A stretch of 33,481 nt of DNA from Candidatus Woesearchaeota archaeon (GTDB lineage Archaea; Nanobdellota; Nanobdellia; Pacearchaeales; GW2011-AR1): contig CAZDZI010000005.1 in NCBI GenBank assembly GCA_964509925.1, forward strand, positions 1 to 33,481. The letters are read 5' to 3'. Every line of letters begins with the position of its first letter. Position 1 is the stretch's first letter. Made by a program: the position numbers and the translations under genes. Under the pieces are notes generated by a model. That model saw only the letters and a program-made list of their open reading frames with translations. It did no database searches and was not told the origin of the DNA. Positions 16,956-25,675 of the stretch are shown here, piece after piece.

Positions 16956-17561
16956 ATGAAAATAGAAAAAAAATTTTGGAAAGTGATAGTATTTACTATT
17001 CTATATGTTCTAGCTTTTGCTATTTATTATCTTAGTATTCAAAATTATGAATTTTTATGGTATATTGCTGTGTTGGTTTTTTTCTTTTGTTTAATTTTAT
17101 TTACACTTAATAAAACAAAATTTGATTTGGTTATTTTATGGGGATTATCAATCTGGGGATTCTTGCATATGTGTGGTGGTGGAATTATTATTAATGGTGA
17201 TGTTATGTATAACTTGGTATTGATTAAGATTCTTGAGATTGGAGGAAATGTTCTTTTAAAATTTGACCAATTAGTTCATGCTTATGGTTTTGGGGTTACA
17301 ACATTAGTTGCATATCATTTATTAAAACCTCACTTAAACAAAACAGTTAGTTGGAAAATAGTTTATCCATTACTTGTTTTGGTGAGTATGGGACTTGGAG
17401 CATTAAATGAGGTTGTAGAATTTGTTGCTGTATTAGGAATTCCAAACACAAATGTTGGAGGATATGTTAATACTGCTCTTGATCTAGTGTTTAACACAAT
17501 TGGGGCAATCATTAGTGTTGTTATTATTCACATTAGAAGAAAATATTCTAAAACATATTAA
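16956..17561 (+). CDS. Multi-pass membrane protein, unknown function
   Basis: About 6 hydrophobic helices. The ATG at 16956 directly follows the upstream stop, so it is preferred over the track's 16920 start. Confidence 0.6.
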   Translation: MKIEKKFWKVIVFTILYVLAFAIYYLSIQNYEFLWYIAVLVFFFCLILFTLNKTKFDLVILWGLSIWGFLHMCGGGIIINGDVMYNLVLIKILEIGGNVLLKFDQLVHAYGFGVTTLVAYHLLKPHLNKTVSWKIVYPLLVLVSMGLGALNEVVEFVAVLGIPNTNVGGYVNTALDLVFNTIGAIISVVIIHIRRKYSKTY

Positions 17562-17564
17562 AAT

Positions 17565-17996
17565 ATGGAAAAGAAAAAAATAAATTATTCTAGTCAAGGT
17601 AAACGTAATCGTGCTGCTGGAAGCAGATTTGAATTAAAAGTTCGAAAAGAATTAGAAGATAATGGAAAAATTGTTGATAAATGGACTAATAATGTTAATT
17701 TAGATGAAAGAAAATTAGTCAAGGTAAAAAATCTCTTTCGAGGGAAAAATATACCCATGATGTTGGGTGCTGGTTTCCCAGATTTTATTGTCATTAAACA
17801 AATTCGTGAAGCATCTTATGATATAATCGGTGTAGAGGTTAAAATTAATGGTCTTCTTTCAAAAATAGAAAAAGAAAAATGTAGATTTTATCTAAAACAA
17901 AAAATTTTCTCAAAAATACTTATTGCAAAGGCCATAAGAGAGGGAAGAAAAATTAATATAAAATACATTGACTTTGAAAAGAAGTATGGAAAGTAA
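17565..17996 (+). CDS. PD-(D/E)xK nuclease, Holliday-junction resolvase (Hjc)-like
   Basis: N-terminal GSRFELKVRKELEDNG, then FPDFIV and GVEVK, giving an E...PD...ExK arrangement as in Hjc. It carries a longer insertion than canonical Hjc. Confidence 0.5.
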   Translation: MEKKKINYSSQGKRNRAAGSRFELKVRKELEDNGKIVDKWTNNVNLDERKLVKVKNLFRGKNIPMMLGAGFPDFIVIKQIREASYDIIGVEVKINGLLSKIEKEKCRFYLKQKIFSKILIAKAIREGRKINIKYIDFEKKYGK

Positions 17997-18519
17997 AAAA
18001 TTACTTTTATTATTAGTAATTCTTATTTCAATTAATCTTATTTCTGCTGGTTGTTCAGATGGACAAATAAATATTAATAGTGCATCATTAACTGATTTAG
18101 ATCAACTTTATGGAATTGGTCTTGCTAAGGCTCAATCAATTATAGATGCTAGGCCATTTGAAACTCTAGATGATTTAATTAATGTGCTGGGAATTGGGGA
18201 AATTACATTAAATAAGATTAAAGAACAAAATCTTGCTTGTGTTGAAAAGGAAGAAAGCAAAACTACTGAAGAACCAAATGAAAAAATCCCTGAAGAAAAA
18301 CCAGATGTGATTAAAATTATTGGAAATAAAACTCCTAAAGAGAAAAAGATAGTAAAACAAGTTATAAAAATAAATCCAAAAGTTATAAATACTGAAAATT
18401 CTACTTCAGAATTAATCAAGGAAGAATATGCATTGATTGGATTGGGCTTTTTTTCAATGTTGATAATTTTCTTGCTTGTATTAAAATTAAAACCAAAAGA
18501 CAAAAATGAATTTGACTGA
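17986..18519 (+). CDS. ComEA-like helix-hairpin-helix DNA-binding protein, exported with a C-terminal TM anchor
   Basis: Signal plus lipobox-like LISAGC. HhH repeats ININSASLTDLDQLYGIGLAKAQSIIDARPF and LINVLGIGEITLNKI. Charged linker, and C-terminal hydrophobic anchor followed by KLKPKDK. Confidence 0.75.
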   Translation: MESKKLLLLLVILISINLISAGCSDGQININSASLTDLDQLYGIGLAKAQSIIDARPFETLDDLINVLGIGEITLNKIKEQNLACVEKEESKTTEEPNEKIPEEKPDVIKIIGNKTPKEKKIVKQVIKINPKVINTENSTSELIKEEYALIGLGFFSMLIIFLLVLKLKPKDKNEFD

Positions 18520-18997
18520 AAATAGTTTAAGGGTTGTAATGATTATAGAAGTTCTAGGTAAGCCTCCAGAACATCTAAAAGAAACTTTAGAAACTATGGC
18601 CTCAAATATTGGAAAAGAAAAAGGTGTGGAAATTAAAGAAAAGAAAATTAATGAGCCTGTAGAGATGGAAAAACAAAAGGGATTTTATACTAGTTTTATG
18701 GAAATAGAACTTGAGATTGAAAACATCATGCAACTTAGCAAATTATTATTCAAATATATGCCTGCTCATCTTGAAATTCTTTCTCCTGAAAACCTTAAGA
18801 TGAGTAATAACTCTATTGGAGAATTATTTAATGAACTTGCAAGAAGACTTCATGGATATGATGAAATTGCAAGAGTGATTCAAATGGAAAAAAATATTCT
18901 TGAAAACAAATTAAAAGGGCTACTAGAAAACAAAGAATCAAAAATTGATAAAACTTCTGAATCCAAGGAATCAGAGCCTAAAGAAGATGAACATTGA
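18506..18997 (+). CDS. Hypothetical protein with an acidic C-terminal tail
   Basis: 163-aa ORF that overlaps the upstream stop. No motif recognised. Confidence 0.5.
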   Translation: MNLTENSLRVVMIIEVLGKPPEHLKETLETMASNIGKEKGVEIKEKKINEPVEMEKQKGFYTSFMEIELEIENIMQLSKLLFKYMPAHLEILSPENLKMSNNSIGELFNELARRLHGYDEIARVIQMEKNILENKLKGLLENKESKIDKTSESKESEPKEDEH

Positions 18998-19244
18998 AGA
19001 AGTCGCAAAAAATATTAAAAGAATGTTATTACTTCATCCTGAAAAAAGAAGGAAAATTCTTGAAAGAGCAGAAAAAGAACTTCCAGAAAAAATTCTAAGA
19101 AACATTCCAGAAATTGCATTAAAGCTTTCTTATGACAGGTTAGTATATCCTATTGCTGGGTTAAAATATTCTAAAGGTCCTCCAAAAGAAGAACCCGGAG
19201 TATTCACAACTGCTGTTGCTGATTATTTCTTAAGAAATAGATAA
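18987..19244 (+). CDS. Hypothetical small protein (85 aa)
   Basis: The ATG at 18987 overlaps the upstream gene's end. No motif recognised. Confidence 0.4.
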   Translation: MNIEEVAKNIKRMLLLHPEKRRKILERAEKELPEKILRNIPEIALKLSYDRLVYPIAGLKYSKGPPKEEPGVFTTAVADYFLRNR

Positions 19245-19245
19245 A

Positions 19246-20532
19246 TTATTTCTTTTTTCTAACAAACTTAAATAAATCTACTGGCTTTTTTAGACCCTTA
19301 TATTTTTTGAAATAAAACCAAACTCCTACAAGGATTAATGCTACTAATACTATCCATCCAAGAACCTTCCAAGTAGTTCCTGTTGGTTGTTTCTTGCAAC
19401 TTCCAATACAACATAAACCATTTTTAGAATAAATCTCTTCACCATTACACTCTTCATCTGTTAAACAAATTACCCCTCCAATTGAAGAAGATTCACAATT
19501 CTCTTCTGTTGTTAATTCAGGGCCTGTTTCTTCTGGAGAAAGCTCATAACCTTCTTTAAATCTAATAGACACCCTTATTTCATTATATAATCCTTCATCA
19601 GTTATTACTTCTAATTTTCCTCCAATTGAATTTGTTCCTCCTGAAACAATCTTCATATCTAAATTAGCATTAGAGTTTGGAAGGATTTCTCCAAATCTAT
19701 CTTCAGATAATGTAACATAAGGTTTAAGGGAATCTGAAATCTTTAATTGAACATCATTTAATGTTCCTGTTCCAGTATTATAAATATAAATTAATTTTGT
19801 TAAATTATTATAAGTAGGGATTGTTATTTCTAATTCACTAGGTTGAATTTCTACTGCAAATGTTTGGCTTTGCTGAGATTGTTCATCAACATAAAGAGAT
19901 ATTGGTATTTCATAAGTTAAATTTCCATAACTAAATGACATTATCTTTGATGTTGGTCCTGGAAGATAATCTAATCCAAAACTTATATCTTCTTTTCCTG
20001 GCTTAATTGAAAACTCATGATTTACATCTTCTGAATAAGTTGCTATTCCTCCTTTATCCCCATTAAGTGTTGTTATAACCATGTTAACATTAATTGATTG
20101 GTCTAAAAGATTTTCAAGACTTATTTTAAAAGCATCTTTTGTTACAATAAACCCTGGATTTGGAAGAAAACTAACATACTCTTCTGTTATAGTAAAATTT
20201 TTAGTTAAATCTTCTGTAATTTTTTGGCTTCCTTTCATATATGCTATTTCTTCTATTACTAAACTGTAATTTTTTGGATCTTTTCCTGCAAGAGGAGCAT
20301 AAATATAATAATCATCGTCTATTTTACTTACTTGAGCATCAACAGCTGTTCTTACATGTCCCCTATAAAGAAAAATATTTTCTCTTAAAGGAGGTTGAAC
20401 AAATTGCCCTGAAAGTTTAGCAAACAATACTCCTTCTCTTCCAAAAGAATCTGACATATTAAATTCAATTGCAGATAATAAAGGCATTACTAATAAGAAA
20501 ATAAAAACAAACGTGACAATACTCTTTTTCAT
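19246..20532 (-). CDS. Secreted surface protein: beta-sandwich (CARDB/S-layer-domain-like) region, Cys-rich stalk, C-terminal TM anchor
   Basis: Signal peptide MKKSIVTFVFIFLLVMPLLSA. IYIYNTGTGTLNDVQLKI resembles the remembered CARDB/COG1361 motif. The Cys-rich module is CESSSIGGVICLTDEECNGEEIYSKNGLCCIGSC, followed by a TM helix and a basic tail. Confidence 0.7.
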   Translation of the reverse strand: MKKSIVTFVFIFLLVMPLLSAIEFNMSDSFGREGVLFAKLSGQFVQPPLRENIFLYRGHVRTAVDAQVSKIDDDYYIYAPLAGKDPKNYSLVIEEIAYMKGSQKITEDLTKNFTITEEYVSFLPNPGFIVTKDAFKISLENLLDQSINVNMVITTLNGDKGGIATYSEDVNHEFSIKPGKEDISFGLDYLPGPTSKIMSFSYGNLTYEIPISLYVDEQSQQSQTFAVEIQPSELEITIPTYNNLTKLIYIYNTGTGTLNDVQLKISDSLKPYVTLSEDRFGEILPNSNANLDMKIVSGGTNSIGGKLEVITDEGLYNEIRVSIRFKEGYELSPEETGPELTTEENCESSSIGGVICLTDEECNGEEIYSKNGLCCIGSCKKQPTGTTWKVLGWIVLVALILVGVWFYFKKYKGLKKPVDLFKFVRKKK

Positions 20533-20562
20533 AGAATCTAAAGAAAAAAGGACTTAATAAAT

Positions 20563-22338
20563 TTATTTGCTCATTTCTTTTAATCTTTTAAGAACATCTC
20601 CGAGCTCTCCTGATTTTTTTTCAACTGGTTTTGGACGAGGAGCTCTTTGAGTTGGGGGGAGAATTCTTCTTGGAGTATATCGTCTCATTGGCATTCCTGG
20701 ACGAGTTGAAGGAGGCCCTCTTGGTCCTTTTGCTGATGCTCCTGATCCTCCACCTTTTCTTTTAAATTTAGAACGTATTTTATAATAATATTCTCTTACT
20801 TTTTTCTTGAAAACAATTCCAAGAACAACTAAAATAATTAAAATTAATAACATCCAAATCCACCAATAACTTTTTTCTCCTGAAGTTTTAGACATACAAC
20901 AAGAATCTCCAAAATCACATTCATAAGCTACTTCCTCTTCTCCTGCTTCACAACCAAAAGGAGCACATCTTCCACCATATGAAACACATTCAGATTCTAA
21001 AGCCACTACTTCACAAGTTCCTCCTACACAACACCTCTCTCCAGAAGTAGTATCTGAGGCATCAACTCCTAACCCTCCAACACACTTTTGATTAGAATTA
21101 CAAATTTCTCCATTTTGTTCTGAACAAGATTGTATTAATTTTGCTGTATCACAACATTTCATTACTCCTGGACACCTATAATCTCCAAGGATATTTCCTT
21201 CACAACTTACTTCTGACATACAATAATGTCCAGAAGATTCACAATCTGAAAGTGTTGTTTCAATTATCTTAGGCCAAACAGATGCTAAAATAAAAGCAGT
21301 GTCTCTAATATTTCCTTGCCAACATCCTTCTGAATCTTGAACTTCTAAAAGCCACTCTTTTGCTCTTATTTTTTCTGCTGGTTCATCGCTTATTGAATAA
21401 AGTGCAACAGCAGTATCATAAAATTTTCCTCCATCTTCATTCCAAAATTTGCTACTTTTTTGTTTTAATAATAAATCATTTCTATAATCGTCTTGAGCAG
21501 TTAATAAATATAAAAAAGATTCAGGAAGATATTCTAAATTCTCTTCAGAAGTTGTTGTTAAATATGGCATATAAGCACTCATATCATAACCATTACTATT
21601 TAGAACTAATGCTGCCCATAAGCTTCCTTCATAATTGCATTCTCCTCCTTGCATAAAACAAGCTGATTTTATTTTTTCAGTAGTTGTTCCTAATGCAGAA
21701 GCAGAGTGAGTTATATCTGGCACGTGAATTATTGAAGAAGTTTTTCTTTTGAATAATAAATTAGTTTGGAATTCTTCGTCACATGAAACTTCAAATTCTC
21801 TATCATAACATCCTGGGGAAACTTTAAGCCACCAATCTCCATTAGACAAAGAAAGACAAGGTTTTGCTCCAGTTGTTAGTGTTTTATCTTCTTTAATAAT
21901 AACAATGTGTGGTGAGCCATCATAAGTAATAGTACATCTTGTTTCTTCATCACTTTCAATTTGTAAATACCATTCTACATCAGAAGGAGAAGTATTTTGA
22001 GACATTAACCATTCTTCTGCATTAGTAGTATCTGCTGTTGTTTGACTTAATGCTAAAATTGCTTGAGCTGTTTGTTTTATGTTACATCCTGAATTTGGCC
22101 AACACTCTCCACTTGAAGAAGCAGCAATTAATTCATCCTTACATTGACCATTTGCTAATAAAGTGAATATTTTTTCTTCAAGAGCTATAGTGCCACACTT
22201 TCCACTTACTTTTGAATCAAGGCAATCATAAGCCTGATCAATTTTTGTTTGAGCATCAGTTATATTTTCTTCTGCAAGAACAAAAGATAAACTAAGTAAT
22301 AAACTAAACACTAATAATACTACCACACACTTTTTCAT
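20563..22338 (-). CDS. Secreted surface protein: alpha/alpha-toroid (prenyltransferase/terpene-cyclase-like repeat) domain, triple Cys-rich stalk, TM anchor, Pro/Arg-rich cytoplasmic tail
   Basis: Signal peptide present. Repeats such as AQAILALSQ, GSLWAALVLNSNGY, YDTAVALYSISDEP and EGCWQGNIRDTAFILASVW. About 120 aa contain repeated C...CC.G.C modules. A TM helix follows, then the tail KGPRGPPSTRPGMPMRRYTPRRILPPTQRAPRPKP. Confidence 0.65.
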   Translation of the reverse strand: MKKCVVVLLVFSLLLSLSFVLAEENITDAQTKIDQAYDCLDSKVSGKCGTIALEEKIFTLLANGQCKDELIAASSSGECWPNSGCNIKQTAQAILALSQTTADTTNAEEWLMSQNTSPSDVEWYLQIESDEETRCTITYDGSPHIVIIKEDKTLTTGAKPCLSLSNGDWWLKVSPGCYDREFEVSCDEEFQTNLLFKRKTSSIIHVPDITHSASALGTTTEKIKSACFMQGGECNYEGSLWAALVLNSNGYDMSAYMPYLTTTSEENLEYLPESFLYLLTAQDDYRNDLLLKQKSSKFWNEDGGKFYDTAVALYSISDEPAEKIRAKEWLLEVQDSEGCWQGNIRDTAFILASVWPKIIETTLSDCESSGHYCMSEVSCEGNILGDYRCPGVMKCCDTAKLIQSCSEQNGEICNSNQKCVGGLGVDASDTTSGERCCVGGTCEVVALESECVSYGGRCAPFGCEAGEEEVAYECDFGDSCCMSKTSGEKSYWWIWMLLILIILVVLGIVFKKKVREYYYKIRSKFKRKGGGSGASAKGPRGPPSTRPGMPMRRYTPRRILPPTQRAPRPKPVEKKSGELGDVLKRLKEMSK

Positions 22339-22349
22339 AATATAAATAG

Positions 22350-23894
22350 CTATTTCTTCTTTTTAAATTTAGTGGATTTTTTAGATTTATTTTTAGAGAG
22401 ATTTTTCTTAACTACATAATTAACTGGATTTTTTATCATCCTGCAAAAGTTATCTGGAACACAAACTCCAATGCCTTGATAAAATTCTTTACAATTTTGA
22501 GGCATTATTGGTTTTCTCTTATAACTCCAAATTAACTGACTTTTAATATACCCTTCTTTTAAAGGAACTTCATTTTTCTTATTCCAATCATAAATCTTTT
22601 TTTCAAGTTCTTCTTTATCCATTCCAATTGAGCGAAATAAATTAAGTAAAATAAATACCGATCTTTTTCTCCCATCACTAACTCCCTTAAGAATATTTTT
22701 TACACAAGGAGGGAATTGTTCTTCTGTGATTTTCTTTAATTGAATTGGTTTAAAATCTGCATATTTACCCTGAATTTTTTCATTTGAAACTCCTGCTTTT
22801 ATTTCATTATTTTTTGCCCAATCTAAAGCTTCTCTAATTAATTCTCTTGCTTCATTTTCTTTTGAATCAGGAAGAAAATTTTTTATTTTTACTTTTAGTG
22901 CATTTGCGTCAATCATTTCAAACTCTCTTATTTTTTCTGCATCAATTACTGCGCTTGATAAAGCAGTTTTTTCATGTAATGAATATGGCATCCTAAACAA
23001 ATGTCTTGGAGAAACTAAAATTAAATCTAATCCCAGAACTTCAAATAAATCTATTTCAATACTTTGTGAAAAATTATTTGGTTTTGTTTTAGAAGAAACA
23101 TTACACTTTTTACATTCATAGATTTTATTTGAGTTTTTAACTTCAAATGGAACTCTGCATTCAGGACATTTATATTTCTTTTTATCTTCTGGGAAAATCC
23201 TTCTTAATTCTTGTCTATGACATTTTGGACAAAAATGAGTAACAACCTCATATTCTTCTGCAACTTCACGACAATTATTGCACTTTATTCCTTTTTTTAT
23301 TTTAACATTTTTAAATTGTTCATAAAAATCTTCTGGAAGAAGTTTTATCATTTCTTGTTCAGCCTTAAATCTAATATAGGCAATCATTTTTCTTGGAAGT
23401 TCTGGAAATAAATTTTTTGCAAGTTGTCCCCCTATTTCCTTAGGAATTGCTTTCCAGGGAAGAATAATATGAAACCCTTTACTTCCACTATATTTAATCC
23501 CAATATTTTTTATCCCATGCTCCTTGAAAACATTAATAACTGCTTCTGCAGCTTTTTTACTATAATCAAACCACTTACAATCAATATCAATTAACAAATC
23601 CCATCCAATTCTTAATTCATTTAATTGTTTTACATTCATTCCAGTTTGAATATTTAAAGGGTCTTCCCATAATTCTTCAGAACAATGAAAAGATGTTGCT
23701 CCTCTTTTTACAAGTTCAAAGATATCCCCTTGATATTGAAAACTATCTGGACGTTTTCCAAAACCCTCAAAATATCTTGGAGAAATCTCTCTGTTTTTAG
23801 AAAATTCAAACATTGCTTTTTGAACCTCTGAATTAGAATAATACAATTTTGTTATATTTCTTATTCTTTTTTCCTTAAAGCTTATTTCAGACAT
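22350..23894 (-). CDS. priS: DNA primase, archaeo-eukaryotic type: PriS catalytic domain fused to a PriL-CTD-like Fe-S domain
   Basis: AEP motifs LLIDIDC (DxD), SGSKGFHI and RMPYSLHEKT. Two Zn-ribbon inserts (CNNC...CPKCH; CPECR...CKKC). The C-terminal region FPPCVKNILKG...RSVFILLNLF...NCKEF...CVPDNFC resembles PriL-CTD. The ATG at 23894 is preferred over the upstream TTG. Confidence 0.88.
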   Translation of the reverse strand: MSEISFKEKRIRNITKLYYSNSEVQKAMFEFSKNREISPRYFEGFGKRPDSFQYQGDIFELVKRGATSFHCSEELWEDPLNIQTGMNVKQLNELRIGWDLLIDIDCKWFDYSKKAAEAVINVFKEHGIKNIGIKYSGSKGFHIILPWKAIPKEIGGQLAKNLFPELPRKMIAYIRFKAEQEMIKLLPEDFYEQFKNVKIKKGIKCNNCREVAEEYEVVTHFCPKCHRQELRRIFPEDKKKYKCPECRVPFEVKNSNKIYECKKCNVSSKTKPNNFSQSIEIDLFEVLGLDLILVSPRHLFRMPYSLHEKTALSSAVIDAEKIREFEMIDANALKVKIKNFLPDSKENEARELIREALDWAKNNEIKAGVSNEKIQGKYADFKPIQLKKITEEQFPPCVKNILKGVSDGRKRSVFILLNLFRSIGMDKEELEKKIYDWNKKNEVPLKEGYIKSQLIWSYKRKPIMPQNCKEFYQGIGVCVPDNFCRMIKNPVNYVVKKNLSKNKSKKSTKFKKKK

Positions 23895-23979
23895 TAGATT
23901 AAGGAGTATGGGAAGTTTAAAAAAATACCCTATACTTGACAATAGTAATGCTTAAAAGTTAGAGTAAATTTTGATAACT

Positions 23980-24705
23980 ATGCTAATTAAACTAGATACT
24001 CCACAGATATTATCAAAGGTAATTGACATTATTTCTGAATTAGTTTTAGATGTTAGAATTAAGGTTAATGAATTTGGAATGAGTATTGTGGCTATTGATC
24101 CTGCAAATGTTGCAATGATTGAATTTAAACTTCCAAGAAGTGCTTTTTCTCAGTTTGAATCAGGAGAAGAAACACTAGGAGTTAATCTAGATGGTCTTAA
24201 AAAAATTCTAAAGAGAGCTGGAGCAAAAGGTTCTGTAATTCTGGAAAAAAGAGACAATATGTTGGATATTCACATTCAAGATAGAATTAAAAGAAATTTT
24301 AGTTTAAATCTTATTAATCTAGAAGGAGAAGAAAAAGAAATCCCTTCATTAGAATTTGTTGCTAAAGTAGAAATGGCTTCTGTTGATTTTACTGATTCAA
24401 TTGATGATTGTGCTGTTGTTGCAGATGCTTGTTCATTTATTGCAGATGAAAGAGGATTTGTTATTGAAGCTAAAGGTATGAATTCTGCTCGTTCAGAATT
24501 TTCAGGGGATGAAGCTAAGATAGAAGCAGAAAATTGTAAATCTCGTTATAGTCTTGAATATCTTAAAAAGTTTACTAAAGGAGCTAAACTTTCAGATAAA
24601 ACAATCATTAAGTTTTCTGGAGACCACCCATTAAAACTTGAATTTAAAGGCGAGCATCTTGAACTTAATTTTATTCTTGCTCCTCGAGTTGAAACTGATG
24701 ATTAA
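23980..24705 (+). CDS. pcn: DNA polymerase sliding clamp PCNA
   Basis: About 241 aa in two-domain PCNA layout: VIDIISELVLDVRIKVNEFGMSIVAIDPANVAMIEF...LGVNLDGLKKILKR...F..KV.M.S..F. A TATA-like CTTAAAAG ends 22 nt before the ATG at 23980. Confidence 0.92.
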   Translation: MLIKLDTPQILSKVIDIISELVLDVRIKVNEFGMSIVAIDPANVAMIEFKLPRSAFSQFESGEETLGVNLDGLKKILKRAGAKGSVILEKRDNMLDIHIQDRIKRNFSLNLINLEGEEKEIPSLEFVAKVEMASVDFTDSIDDCAVVADACSFIADERGFVIEAKGMNSARSEFSGDEAKIEAENCKSRYSLEYLKKFTKGAKLSDKTIIKFSGDHPLKLEFKGEHLELNFILAPRVETDD

Positions 24706-24800
24706 GCAGTCTATTTTTATTATTTAGTAAGGTTTATATATTGTTTTTTGATAGTAATATTAAGTAAAATTTAATATATTAAGTCTTACAAAGTAATACT

Positions 24801-24926
24801 ATGAAAAAGAGGATATCTGCAACTGTTGATGACGAGATTATAAAAAAAATAAAAAAACTTCTCAAAAGAAGAAAATATCGAAATAAATCCCATGTTATTG
24901 AGGAGGCAATTTATCAATTAAAATGA
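24801..24926 (+). CDS. Small ribbon-helix-helix (CopG/Arc-like) protein, unannotated in the ORF track
   Basis: 41 aa: MKKRISATVDDEIIKKIKKLLKRRKYRNKSHVIEEAIYQLK. A beta-strand (ISATVD) is followed by two helices, the typical RHH layout. Its stop overlaps the next ATG (ATGA). Confidence 0.55.
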   Translation: MKKRISATVDDEIIKKIKKLLKRRKYRNKSHVIEEAIYQLK

Positions 24927-25675
24927 AAAAACAAGGACAAATAACTATTTTCATTATCCTAGCTATTTTAGTGGTTGTAGCATTTATTTTATTTTTTATG
25001 TTTAAAGATTCTTTAGGAATAACGGGAGGAAGCGCAACTGAAACAAATCCTCAAAGATACATTGAACTTTGTGTCGAGGAAGATATGAGAACTGCTATTA
25101 ATACTTCACTTGCGCAAGGAGGATTTTTAGAGCCTAAAGATTACAAATTACATAATGATATTCCTGCAACTTATTTATGTAAAAATATTGGATTTTACAA
25201 TCCTTGCATTAATCAGCATCCAATGTTGCTTAATGAAATAAAATTAGACTTAAAAAATAAAATTAAACCTGTTGTAGAAGATTGTTTTATTGAACTAAAA
25301 GAAAATTTTGAAAAAAGAGGATATAATGTTGTTCTTGGAGAGGACAAAGGAATAAATGTGACTCTTGCTCCAGAAATAGTTTATTTAGAAATTGACAGAA
25401 GTGTTTCAATTAGTAAAGCTGAAGAAAAAGTTAGTTTCAATGAAATGAAAATTCCTTACAAAAGTTCATTATATAATTTAATAAAAATTGCAGTAGATAT
25501 TGTTAGAAACGAAGCAAAGTTTTGTTATTTTGAATATTTAGGATACATGAATCTTTATCCTCGTTATCTCCTTCATATAAAAGTATTTTCAGATTCAAGC
25601 AAGGTATATAGTATTAAAGATAAAAATACTCAAGAAGAAATGAATATTGCTGTTAGGGGGTGTGCCTTAGGATGA
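24923..25675 (+). CDS. Class III signal (pilin-like N-terminus) protein, cassette copy 1 (A1)
   Basis: N-terminus MKKQGQ/ITIFIILAILVVVAFILFF. Paralogous to 31086-31841, sharing QGG.LEP, YLC, the EC/DCF.EL segment and RGY.V. Conserved Cys residues are present. Confidence 0.7.
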   Translation: MKKQGQITIFIILAILVVVAFILFFMFKDSLGITGGSATETNPQRYIELCVEEDMRTAINTSLAQGGFLEPKDYKLHNDIPATYLCKNIGFYNPCINQHPMLLNEIKLDLKNKIKPVVEDCFIELKENFEKRGYNVVLGEDKGINVTLAPEIVYLEIDRSVSISKAEEKVSFNEMKIPYKSSLYNLIKIAVDIVRNEAKFCYFEYLGYMNLYPRYLLHIKVFSDSSKVYSIKDKNTQEEMNIAVRGCALG

